From the NCBI RefSeq assembly GCF_006345805.1, contig NC_043008.1, positions 49,972,001 through 50,036,000 on the forward strand: a stretch of DNA of 64,000 bases, given 5' to 3'. Under the pieces are notes generated by a model. The model did no database searches and had not been told where the DNA came from. It was given only the letters and a program-made list of their open reading frames with translations. The position numbers were made by a program, and so were the translations under genes. Positions within the stretch are counted from its first letter, which is position 1, and each line of letters starts with the position of its first letter. This document shows, piece after piece, positions 54,301 to 63,103 of the stretch. Source of the DNA: Octopus sinensis (Eukaryota).

Positions 54301-57300
54301 TTCTGTCAGAAAAGGGTTTATCATATATTATATTAAAGATATACAAAAATATATACATATATATACATACCTGTCCAGCAAAATATTGTCCAAGACCAGG
54401 TGGGAATGTTAATGTAGATATTAAAATAGCTATTATTCCAGGATAAATAAATCGACTGAAATGATAAAACAGATCAAATATTATTATTATTATTATTTAT
54501 TATTATTATTATTGAGTGAGAGAGCAGTGCATGCCATCAAAGTGACATATACGAAGCCCAGTATACCCATCATGACTACCCATCTGATAAGGGTACACTA
54601 GGCACATGCATCACAACCATATGTGCGCGACATGGTGATCTCATATCAAGATAAACAGCACATGACCTTGCAGGTGGGGCCCAGTTAGAATTTTCTTCAG
54701 GTCGAGTAACCCTTCCTGCTCAAAAGGTCCCTGAATAAGAGTTGTTTAAGGATGTTGAAAGAACCACACATGTTTCCAGAGGTGAATTATTCAAACAACA
54801 AAGAATCCCTCTCAACACATGGCTATGATGCTCCCCCACTACTTCTGCTCGTGATCAGAGATGCACATATCGTCAGCCACTAAGGGACATGCTCAACTGG
54901 TTAAGGTCAAACAACTGACAAGCAAATCTGTGGTATTGAGCAGAATATTTACTGTAGCCCATCTTCTATACCAAGACAAAACAATGTACATGATAACACT
55001 TCCAATCAGTTAAGATCAGAAGCCATGAGAGCCACTGCCTGGTACTGCATCAGGGCATTTACTGCCTGGTACTGCATTATTATTATTATTATTACTATTA
55101 CTATTATTATTATTATTATTATTAAGGTAGCAAGCTGGCAGGATTGCCAGCATGCTGGGGGGAAATGCTCAGCGGCATTTCATCCATCCTTATGCTCTGA
55201 GTTCAAATTCTGCCAGGGCCAACTTTGCCTTTCATCCTTTCAGGGTCAATAAATGAAGTACCAGTGAATCACTGGGGATCAATGTAATCGACTAGTCCCT
55301 TCCCCACAAATTTCAGGCTTTGTGCCTTTAGTAGTAAGGATTATTATTATTACTATTATTGTTGTTGTTGTCTCTTTACAGTCTGAGTTCAAAACCCTTT
55401 GAGGTCAAATTTGACTTCCACCCCTCTGGGTCTTCCATCAAGCTATACCAAAATATTACCCTACTTGGAGACAGGTAGGGGTTGGTAACAGGAGGAACAT
55501 CCCATCACAGAAAATCTGCCTCAACAAATTCTTTCCAATCCATGTAACCATGGGAAAGTGGACATTTAAATGATGACGATATCACGTATTCATATATACT
55601 AATCAATCTTGTCTAATCAATGTTTAATTCTAAAACATTGAAATGCATTTTATTGTTTCAGAAGCAAGAATTACTTCCCTTGATCTAAGATAAAACATAT
55701 TTTAAAAACAAACAATAAATTTCATGTCGGACTGTTGAACACACAAGGAAAAGTTTCTTAGAAAAAAAGAGATTATGCTTACTTTTTCTGTAGAAAAGCA
55801 GACATCCTTTTGTGTCTTCTGGTGAAGAGAATTATTTTTCTATGAAGTAAAATGAAGAGAGACCCACCTAAGCCACATGCTACACTGAAATAGAAAAAAA
55901 AAAGGGATTATACATCAGGCCAAAACAGAGATTATCAAAGCAAGATTATTCAACCTGCTAGAAATAATAAGCAAAATCTACCTCAAATCAAGTCCTACAG
56001 TGTTTAAGAAGTCAAACCACATTGATTAATGTAATCGTTAAGCTTTTGTTTCTAACTTACCTGAATTCTCATCTAAACACATGGCTGGCTGCAAGTACTT
56101 GGCTGCAAGTACTTGCCATTGAAAAGACCTCAAAAGGCTAAAATGCATCTGGTGTTCTTGCTGGATACTGCTGTGATGAGTTTTCATCTTTTTCCCTGAT
56201 ACTTATTACGTTTTCTACATTGTAAGTCCATGAGATTTGTTATCTAAGGACAAATGCCATACTAACTGGCCAGTCAACTGTGTACATGCATTATGTATGA
56301 TACATAGATTGCTATTTTAATCTAATGTTACCTTAATTGCTTATCCTGGGTCATAAGATTACATTTAATTTTCATTTTTTAAAAATTAATATTTAAATTA
56401 GGAGACAAAAAATAAAAAGTCCCTCACCTCCCACTGCTTCCCTTGGTCCTCAAAACCCACATAAAATTTTCCACTCCCCACTTTGAGGAGCACTGATGTA
56501 AAAGGTCCCTTGTTGGATCAAACTTTGCGATGTAGAAGCTGCTACTGTTTAGCCCAGGGTCACAACCCTAACCAAGAAAACTTATGACCAAAGACTTTCC
56601 AATTGTGATCATCCCATCTTTCATTCAAACATAATGTATCTAGGACTATCCTACCCAATATATCTTTTTTTTTTTTTTTGGTCCACAGCCCCAGGTCAAT
56701 CTGGCCTATGACCTAAGACTTGCCAACCATGGCCATAACAATCTAATAGATTATATCTGAGATTATTTGCAGTCCTTTCATTTAAAAAAAAAAAAACAGT
56801 AACAATTAAGGAAAATTTGTCTGCTATTTCTAGTGAATTAAGGATCTATGGACAGGCTCCTTCATTAGCTTGACTGCACAATAATTTACAAGAACATGTG
56901 ATGGTCACTAGATCCATGTCATTGTATTCAAACAATTCATAAACATAAACAACATGCAATAATATATATATATACATATACACACACATATATATACATA
57001 TACACATATATATATGTGTGTATATATGATTTATTTTGACAAGTTGTTTCCAAACTGTATTGTAAACAGAGAGCAGTGAATTAACGGAATCATCACAAGC
57101 ATCAGACAGAATGTCTTGTGGTGTTTATTGAAGCTCTACACTCAGAGTTCAAATCTGCCAAGGTCAACTTTGCCTTCCATCATTTTGGAAATAAAACAAT
57201 TAAGTATCATTTAAGAACTGGACTGAATTCTTCCTCCCTTTCTCTCTTTCACTCTCTCTCTCCATCTCACTCTCCCATAATTGGCCATCACCAACAAGAT

Positions 57301-58504
57301 GTGTCTTAGAAAATTACTATTTTTAAGTCTCACAACAAGAGATATTCAGCAACAGTACTCTGTAGTAAAGATTGTTTGCCAACATAACATGGCAGTCCTG
57401 GTTTAGGATGAATGTTGCTGTAATTTAGCCCCAGGAAACATCGTCTCCAGCTGGCTATACAACACAATCTGTGTCCTTATATTTTCAAACAAGGGAATCT
57501 AGCACCCCCACTCAGCTCAAAACAATATCTGTGTACTGCAATTTCCAGGTTATTTCCCTTCATCAGCACAGAATAACTGTTTGAAAATGTAAGGACTCGG
57601 ATCGTGTTGTATAACCAGCTGGAGACGATGTCTCCTGGGGCTAAATTACAGCAACATTCATCCTAAACCAGGACTGCTATGTTATGTTGGCAACCAATCA
57701 TTACTACAAGATGTGTCTTGTAAGAAATATTTCTAATTTCTCCAATGAAAATTGCATGAGGAGCCCACAGTGCCAGTCAACAGAGTCACCAGGGGTCATT
57801 TGTTGTTCAGATGGTGCAACAAAGGAATTGTAAACCAAACTGCAACCACTGTTCAATGATGATGAAGAGTTGAAAATCTTGTTCAAGGTAAGAACTAAAG
57901 ATCAAATGTGGAAAGAAACAGAAGTATGCCTTATCCAAATCTGACCAATCTGATTCCTATATCGTTAATGAGGGTATAGTTTTTTTGACCCCCAAGTCAA
58001 CATGCATTCAATAGATATAAGATCAAAGACACTCCAGCTTTGACCAACCCATCTATTTTTAGGCTCAGTACATCTACAACTTATAATGAAAAATTTGTTA
58101 AATATATAAATATATAAACATATTCAATACTAATGGGTGGATTTCATTTATATCCCTTTAAAATGAGGAATTTGTATCATAAAACTTGGGGCACTTTCTA
58201 GAAGGTTGGTATCAAAAGGATTAAGAAAAATTTAGCTGCTATTTCTAACAGCACAAGCAATGTTTATGATGTTTCTCATTGGCTTCTGTAATTCTTTTCC
58301 CTGCTGTTTCATGTAAATTATCAAGTTTTAATTGCTTTGAAATAAGAAGATAATGAATAATGATGAATAATGACACCAGTGCAAAGCAATACCACTGAAA
58401 TTAATCTGTATGTGTGTGTGTGTGTGTGGGTACAGATATATATATACAAACATATACATACACACACACATATATATATATACACAAATACTCATACACA
58501 TATG

Positions 58505-58593
<89 letters not shown>

Positions 58594-58970
58594 CACATCC
58601 ATATATATACATACATACATATATATATATATACATACACATCCAAATATATACATACATACATATATATATATACATACACATCCAAATATATACATAC
58701 ACATCCAAATATATACATACACATATACACACACACACACACACATATATATATACACATACTCATACACACATATATACATACATATATATATACACAC
58801 ATACACATCCGTATATATACATACACATATACATACATATACATACACACACACATATATATATAAATACACACATATATCTATATGTACATACACGTAT
58901 ACACATACACATATATACATACACACACATATACATATGCACATACACACATACATACATACATGTATAT

Positions 58971-59002
<32 letters not shown>

Positions 59003-62000
59003 TTCTGTATGTGCACATCTATGTACAGCTGATTGCGCATATTTCTGTGCGTATATATATCTGTAGCTGTATATTTGTGCATAATAAGATAACACAAGTA
59101 TGTGTGTACGTATAACCAGTTGCATGAAACGCAAGCATCCTATATTTAGTAGTAAACCTATACTCTGAGCTGGATTTATAGATTACTGCTCCTACTTAAA
59201 AACGCTGTAATGTACCTACTTAACAAAGCCAGTAATTACAGCACAAAGTGGATTATAATTAAATGGATAAGTATAAAACGAAGTTACTAAGTTTTTATGA
59301 AAGAATAACCAGTGCCACTGTCGTCATCGTCATCATCTGGTTGGGCAACTTTTTGGGGGTAAAAGCAAATACAGGAGGATCAGTTAATTAGGATTTTATT
59401 CAACATGTTCCTCTCTCAGATCCTCACACTTGTTGCAGTGGTCCTTCAGTTTTTCTAAGGCCTGTAAAAGAACTCAGAAGGTTGAGCCTCCAACCAGGCC
59501 TTTCGTGATACCCTTAAAGCCAGGAACTTTTCAGCAACCCCTTGTATATATGTATGTGTGTATCTAGTGTGTGTGTGTGTTTGTCGTCTAGTTCACTGCT
59601 TGACAACTGGTGTTGGTTTGTTTACATCCACATAACTTAGTGCTTCAGCAAAAGCACTAATGGAGTAAGTACTAAGCTTATAAAAAGTAAAAAGTACTGG
59701 GATCGATTTGTTAGGCTAAACCTGTAAAGATGGAGCCCTAGCATGGCCACAGTCCAAATAAAGGACAAAAGATATTAGCAGGTTTTTTTTTGGGGGGGGG
59801 GGGGGTCTTGAATGAACCGAACACATAAAGAGGGACCACCTAGTCTAGTTTCAAGGAGTTGTATGACACAGAGTTACAGACAACATACAAAATTCATAGA
59901 AGAGAGTGTTTGTGTGACAGTTTTACTAGAAATACCAGCCAAATCTCTTTCAGCTCACACCATACCACTTTAAAAAGAGAAGGTAACGTTGGACAGTGTA
60001 GTCTTTGGTATACAAAAATTCATAGCAGTCTGGTTCCTGAAAAATGGTCACAGGTGAAATTCCTGTGAGCATATATATCTGCTCAGACAGAGTGAATGTG
60101 GAGCTATAGATCACAACCCACCATAATAACAACCTGCTAGAAATAGCAGCCAAATCTCTCTCAAATCACACAACATTCTTCGAAATAGGAAGATTACGTT
60201 AATTAGTGTAGTGCTAGAGAGAGAAGGGAGGGAGAAATACACACACACACACACACACACCATCATGGATGGCTGGCTGGCTGGATGGATGGATGGATAT
60301 AAGAATACAGTCGTATTTACCCAATTCCTGCAAAAATGATCAATTCAAGAGCATCAAATGGCACTTCTGTTCTTAAAGTTGTCTTAAATAAAGCTGTTAT
60401 GGTTTCTGCAACAAGAAAATATTTCAAACGAATGACAGAATATTGAAAATAACAGAAAAAAAATATTGGGATTCATCCAGTTTCCACCTACTGAATTCAC
60501 ATACCAGTTCAGAGCTATAACAGAAGGACACTTGCCCAATCAAGTTATAACAGACAAAGAAGTCATAGACCAGCTGCCTACCACTTCCCATGGAGAATTA
60601 GATAGGAAGAGATCTCCACCTCAGCATGATCACAAGACCTGTCATGAACCAGTTCTTGGACCATGGCCATATATATATATTAGGTCTGCCGCTACTGTCC
60701 ACAACCAAGTCTTGACAAGTCTGTTTCTTCGCCTGCACCCATTCCTCCACACCCACCCCATTTCAAAGAAGAGTATGTGAACGTTCTTGAAGAGGTTGGC
60801 TTTTTTGACGTTCATGCTCAGCATCATTTTAATATCCACTTTTCCATGCTGGCATGAGTCGGACAGAACCTGCTGAAGCATATTTTTCTACAGCTGGATG
60901 CTCTTCCTGTCACCAACCCTCATTTGTTTCCAAGTAAGGTAATATTTCCCCATGACCAGAATTGTCTTTCACAGAAGGCGAGAAATGAAACCACATCACT
61001 TCTAGGATGGTGATGCTCATTTACAATCATCAGGTGATATCAAAACAAGGGCACACACAAACGCATACATATATATATACATATGAGAAGCTTCTTTCAG
61101 TTTCCCTCAGCCAAATCCATTCACAAGACTTTGGTTGGCCCAGGGCTATAGTAGAATATATTTACCCCAAGATACCACACACTGAGACTGAACTCAAAAC
61201 CACATGGTTGGAGAAACAAGCTTCTTGACCTCGCGGCCATGCCTGTGCACAAAAATGGCAACCTGCCCAAGAGACCACTCTCATGAAAATAATTATTAAT
61301 CCCTTTAATTCTCTGTGGTCCTTTATAGTGTTCCCCCTACCTTCCCCAAGGAAAGTTATGGGAAGAAATAGCTGATGAAAAAATAAAGAAGTGTTTAGTT
61401 GAGAAACTTACCTTCGTCTTTAAACCAAAATGCCAATAACCTAAAAATAAGTGCCCCACACACAGCAGAGAAAAACCCTCTCCAGTAGTTTCTGACAGCA
61501 AAAAATGTGGCTGTTACTTCAATACTGAACAATACCCCTGGTCAGAAGAATTAAGAAAGAAAGAAAAAACAATCAATGTTGTTAAATGAGGTCTCAGATG
61601 AAAACAATAGGGAGTTTTTACTGATCAAAATAAGCTTTTGAAAAGTTCTTCACAGTTCACAACACATCTATTGAGAAGTATAACAACAAACAAAGGACCA
61701 TTCTCCACAACAGGGGTTTTCCTCAACAACCATCAACATCATCATCATCATCTGCCTAGTTTTTATGTCTGCTTTTATCCATGCTGGCATGGGTTGAGTG
61801 AGACTTATTGAAGCAGTATTCTACAGTTAGATGCTCCTCTTACTGCTAACCTTTACCTATAATGCAAGTAAGGGGTGTTTTTTTTTCACACATGTTGAAA
61901 CTGCTGAGTTATTTAGACATATTGGTATTGTTTTTACAAGGGACCAACAGAATTCCATTAACCACATGGTATCAATGCATAGTCAGGTGAAAATAAACAG

Positions 62001-63103
62001 GGGCAGGCAAAGATACCTAATGTTCATTATTTACATTTTACAGATATTTGTCCTCATCTTCTTTGTTATTAACAAATATCTGTTTAATGTAAATAATGTA
62101 CATAATTCCTCATCTCTTAAATATAGAACGATACTTAATGTTATTTGTTACAGCCCTTTATGGTCTGACAATAACACCAGTGACTACACAAGTGTCAAGG
62201 CATATAAACCCTAAGGCAGCAGTCCCCAACCATTTTGGCGCCATGGACCAATTCCATGCAAGGCAATTTTTCCACAGACTGGGGTATTACGCACATAACA
62301 AAACACAATAAAGTGCATAATATATTAATTTAATTATGGCGTTAGGAAGGGCATCCAGCCGTAGAAACACTGCCAGATCTGACTGGGCCTGATGAAGCCT
62401 TCCGGCTTCACAGACCCCAGTTGAACCGTCCAACCCATGCTAGCATGGAAAACGGATGCTAAACGATGATGATGATGATGATGATGATGATTACATATAT
62501 AATACATATGTATTACTTCTATAACAGAGATATGGTGCTAAAACACTCTGCAGACTGTGATATTGAATGAAAAAAAATATAATTAAGAGATTTATTCTTT
62601 CTGTGCAGTTAAGTACCAGATGATCCACAGCCTGGTACTGGTTTCTGGCCCAGGAGTTGTGGGCCCTTGCCATAAGACATGGGTGGCATGGAAAGGGGAG
62701 ACTAGCATGCAGGGGCGTGGTCAATCTTCCTCGTGAAATCTTAACCAAGGCTTGTGAATACATGTACAGATGTGTGGCTAGACTTGACCAATAGAGATCT
62801 TAACATACACAAGTAACTGCCTAAACAAACAAAAACAACACCACTATGCAGCCACTGGACATGCTAAAAATAACAGTTAAACTCTTTAAACTCATACTTT
62901 ACTACTTTGAAAGAAGGAGTAGATTTAGATAACCAAAAGAAGGGTCAGTCGTGGTTGGAATACTGTTGACCATAGGTCCACTAGGTCAAGGATGACCAAG
63001 GTTTAATTATAACAAAGTACTCACCTCCAATTGGTGCAGCAAATGTGCAAGCAACACCAACAGCGCATGCTGCAGCTAACATCTCAGAGCGGCGGGATTC
63101 ATT
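12025..63103 (-). CDS. CLCN2: ClC-2-like voltage-gated chloride channel, partial multi-exon gene (16 exons in window; both ends outside)
   Basis: Manual splicing gives 1836 nt in one frame with hallmark CLC-1/2 motifs: [103 protein letters not shown] (CBS1), [19 protein letters not shown]. All introns are GT-AG and phases match at every junction. Confidence 0.96.
12841..12967 (-). CDS. CLCN2: CLC linker exon o (127 nt): [42 protein letters not shown]
   Basis: Acceptor cttttggttctag, donor A|gtaagt; phase 0 to 1; SILKKTNS resembles the invertebrate ClC-2 linker motif. Confidence 0.9.
13070..13800 (-). mobile_element. Three consecutive family M SINEs separated by (AAT)n
   Basis: Repeated ggcacaaggcctgaaatt..ggatgaaaggcaaagt..gaatttgaactcagaa. 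Other copies near 1995-2195, 2275-2430, 7318-7532, 8052-8185, 16733-16950, 19815-19975, 34528-34735, 41035-41250, 44795-45012, 51045-51235. Confidence 0.85.
15935..16281. repeat. Compound (AAT)n microsatellite
   Basis: Directly visible. Confidence 0.95.
17083..17395. mobile_element. hAT (Charlie-like) MITE
   Basis: CAGTGGTTCTCAACC ... GGTTGAGAACCCCTG termini; second copy 50579-50804; TSD not clean. Confidence 0.7.
20926..21012 (-). CDS. CLCN2: CLC linker exon n (87 nt): [29 protein letters not shown]
   Basis: Acceptor cttggttcctttag, donor TCG|gtaaag; phase 0 to 0; coding-like composition in an AT-rich intron. Confidence 0.72.
21523..21638. repeat. 116-bp palindrome (57-bp arms, 2-nt loop)
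   Basis: tctggtgc..aagctataaca-ga-tgttatagctt..gcaccaga; about 7 mismatches. Confidence 0.9.
23007..23705 (+). mobile_element. Internally deleted mariner (DD34D) transposon
   Basis: LLHDNA and YSPDLA(L)SDY..FGPL motifs in different frames; imperfect TIRs (caaggggaagccaaaaattgtccacact versus reverse complement of the right end); TA on both flanks. Confidence 0.88.
26227..26453. mobile_element. piggyBac-type MITE, same family as 8785-9006
   Basis: Shares tctggctctgtagtacaaatgtcttgttttcataag..accaaaccttagtcacaatttatgttcct. Confidence 0.75.
27815..28490 (-). mobile_element. SINE family B ((GAT)n tail, GGCGTTAGGAAGGGCATCCAGC segment) with expanded internal tandem repeat
   Basis: Same family at 7570-8010, 17670-17990, 24265-24420, 31610-31850, 40740-41020; opposite orientation at 47240-47625 and 62338-62490. 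Confidence 0.85.
28016..28462. repeat. 122-bp tandem repeat (two 61-bp subunits), about 3.7 near-identical copies
   Basis: acagagctgg at 28021, 28143, 28265, 28387. Confidence 0.95.
28645..28692 (-). CDS. CLCN2: CLC linker exon m (48 nt): [16 protein letters not shown]
   Basis: Strong acceptor ttttattttcttgttcag, donor GAG|gtatct; only the phase-0 frame is open; no homology support. Confidence 0.7.
32862..33193 (-). CDS. CLCN2: CLC exon l (332 nt), end of CBS1 plus linker: (E)[23 protein letters not shown]...KQKLHHSL
   Basis: Acceptor tttttttgcag, donor TTA|gtaagt; phase 1 to 0; overlaps track ORF 32811..33188. Confidence 0.93.
34236..34369 (-). CDS. CLCN2: CLC exon k (134 nt), CBS1: (D)[44 protein letters not shown]
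   Basis: Acceptor tcttaatctag, donor G|gtaagt; phase 2 to 1. Confidence 0.95.
35365..35480 (-). CDS. CLCN2: CLC exon j (116 nt): [38 protein letters not shown]
   Basis: Acceptor tatcttgcag, donor GA|gtaagt; phase 0 to 2; contains the central Cl-binding Tyr (PSFYD). Confidence 0.96.
35563..35960 (-). mobile_element. tRNA-head SINE family T with internal microsatellite
   Basis: Head ggcgcaggaatggctgtgtggtaag..ggttcagtcccactgcgtggcaccttgggcaagtgtc; also 22562-23000 (+), 33520-33700 (-), 61070-61250 (-). Confidence 0.85.
36100..36545. mobile_element. tRNA-derived SINE family M: one copy (-) nested inside another (+)
   Basis: Core GTCGACTTTGCCTTTCATCCTTT.GGGGTCGATAAATTAAGTACC; inner copy 36218-36436 with TSD ataaa(t)taagtacc. 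Confidence 0.9.
37083..37945 (+). mobile_element. CR1-clade LINE 3' fragment (reverse transcriptase C-terminus, 3'UTR, (ATT)n tail)
   Basis: W..W.L.L.V.KC..MHFG, ERDLGI, RPHLEF...WNPY, LE.VQR.ATK, RGH..K, RV...WN.LP..VV in ORF 36896..37867, uninterrupted to the stop; inserted into a SINE. Confidence 0.92.
39150..39247 (-). CDS. CLCN2: CLC exon i (98 nt): (G)[32 protein letters not shown]
   Basis: Acceptor accacttcag, donor GTG|gtaagt; phase 1 to 0. Confidence 0.96.
39810..39920 (-). CDS. CLCN2: CLC exon h (111 nt): (G)[36 protein letters not shown]
   Basis: Acceptor cttctgtgaag, donor G|gtaagt; phase 1 to 1. Confidence 0.96.
43000..43343 (-). mobile_element. tRNA-head SINE family N
   Basis: gcaactcatttctacagctgag.tgaactggagcaac..tcttgctcaagaacacaacaca; also 190-372, 33720-33990, 45055-45245. 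Confidence 0.8.
43468..43722 (+). mobile_element. Short PLE-family terminal fragment with perfect 49-bp fold-back, inside (TA)n
   Basis: 43522-43569 is nearly identical to 46235-46282 (ctgttcaatc..ctccatttcttcaattcac..aataatatt); flanked by (TA)n on both sides. Confidence 0.7.
44398..44467 (-). CDS. CLCN2: CLC exon g (70 nt): [23 protein letters not shown]
   Basis: Acceptor ttttttgtag, donor G|gtttgt (weak); phase 0 to 1; GxFxP filter motif. Confidence 0.93.
45253..46282 (+). mobile_element. 5'-truncated Penelope-like retroelement: GIY-YIG endonuclease C-terminus, 3' region and hammerhead
   Basis: ORF to 45548: [36 protein letters not shown] matches the PLE endonuclease tail pattern (LSKYIW.LK..W.I..CNLC.EK..CRH); 5' fold-back; ends at (TA)n. 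Confidence 0.85.
46134..46224 (+). ncRNA. Minimal type I hammerhead ribozyme motif in PLE terminal repeat
   Basis: CTGAAGA (46144)-GAAAGACACAAT-(30 nt)-ATTGTGCCTTC-GAAAC-ACGT-GTA^ (46215); stem I mismatched at its base; lies downstream of the PLE endonuclease ORF. Confidence 0.6.
46886..47241. repeat. Direct duplication, period 181 bp, C-rich
   Basis: tttatttcttagga..cctacaccaacccttcctgccatcg at 46886 and 47067. Confidence 0.9.
48742..49500 (+). mobile_element. Two family M SINEs (48742-48975, 49265-49500)
   Basis: Head ggcggcaagctggcagaa..gttagca..gagttcaaattc (A and B boxes); also at 55123-55345 and 63433-63650. Confidence 0.85.
49643..49795 (-). CDS. CLCN2: CLC exon f (153 nt): [51 protein letters not shown]
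   Basis: Acceptor ttgttttgcag, donor ACC|gtaagt; phase 0 to 0; LFSNITW carries an N-glycosylation sequon as in the ClC-2 extracellular loop. Confidence 0.94.
50579..50804. mobile_element. hAT (Charlie-like) MITE
   Basis: cagtggttctcaaccaggg ... ggttgagaatcagtg; left flank ttctagat. Confidence 0.65.
52421..52550. mobile_element. Tc1/mariner-type MITE (130 bp)
   Basis: TIR CAGGGTGTCCCAAAAAA(A)TGTATACACA at both ends; TA flanks. Confidence 0.88.
52585..52665 (-). ncRNA. Minimal type I hammerhead ribozyme motif (PLE/retrozyme type)
   Basis: Minus strand: TTTC-CTGATGA-GAAGATAGCATT-(30 nt)-AATGTTGTCTTC-GAAAC-ATAT-GTC^GAAA. Intact core, 12-bp stem II (2 G.U), palindromic stem III loop, 4-bp stem I. 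Confidence 0.72.
54371..54455 (-). CDS. CLCN2: CLC exon e (85 nt): (N)[28 protein letters not shown]
   Basis: Acceptor tcatttcag, donor CAG|gtatgt; phase 2 to 0. Confidence 0.96.
54484..55061 (-). mobile_element. Second copy of the 570-bp repeat
   Basis: Reverse complement of 1244-1806; 17-bp local duplication at its 5' end (55034-55050 / 55061-55077). Confidence 0.85.
55783..55884 (-). CDS. CLCN2: CLC exon d (102 nt): (G)[33 protein letters not shown]
   Basis: Acceptor ttctatttcag, donor AA|gtaagc; phase 2 to 2. Confidence 0.95.
57361..57708. mobile_element. Fold-back element: 130-bp inverted arms around an 87-bp spacer containing a hammerhead
   Basis: Arms 57361-57490 and 57578-57708; I count 9 mismatches (about 93% identity), several at CpG. 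Confidence 0.85.
57528..57572 (-). ncRNA. Minimal type I hammerhead ribozyme motif, slightly decayed
   Basis: Minus strand: TCTGTG-CTGATGA-AGGGAAATAACCTG-GAAAT-TGCA-GTA^CACAGA. Perfect 6-bp stem I and palindromic TGCA loop; stem II has one extra base and stem III has a U.G pair. Confidence 0.6.
58405..59000. repeat. Compound (TA)n/(CA)n/(TACA)n microsatellite
   Basis: Directly visible; similar tracts at 4926-5049, 20450-20585, 21120-21360, 46283-46376, 47628-47845. Confidence 0.95.
60321..60405 (-). CDS. CLCN2: CLC exon c (85 nt): (E)[27 protein letters not shown]
   Basis: Acceptor ttcttgttgcag, donor GG|gtaaat; phase 1 to 2. Confidence 0.95.
61412..61537 (-). CDS. CLCN2: CLC exon b (126 nt): (G)[41 protein letters not shown]
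   Basis: Acceptor tctgaccag, donor G|gtaagt; phase 1 to 1; SIEV motif. Confidence 0.96.
63025..63103 (-). CDS. CLCN2: CLC exon a (79 nt): [26 protein letters not shown]
   Basis: Acceptor ctcatttcag, donor G|gtgagt; phase 0 to 1. Confidence 0.95.

Noticed and set aside
58328-59134. Long ORFs rich in Y/I/H/T/C/V (also near 20220-21487, 47475-47902, 39591-40003)
   Set aside because: Translations of (TA)n/(CA)n microsatellites
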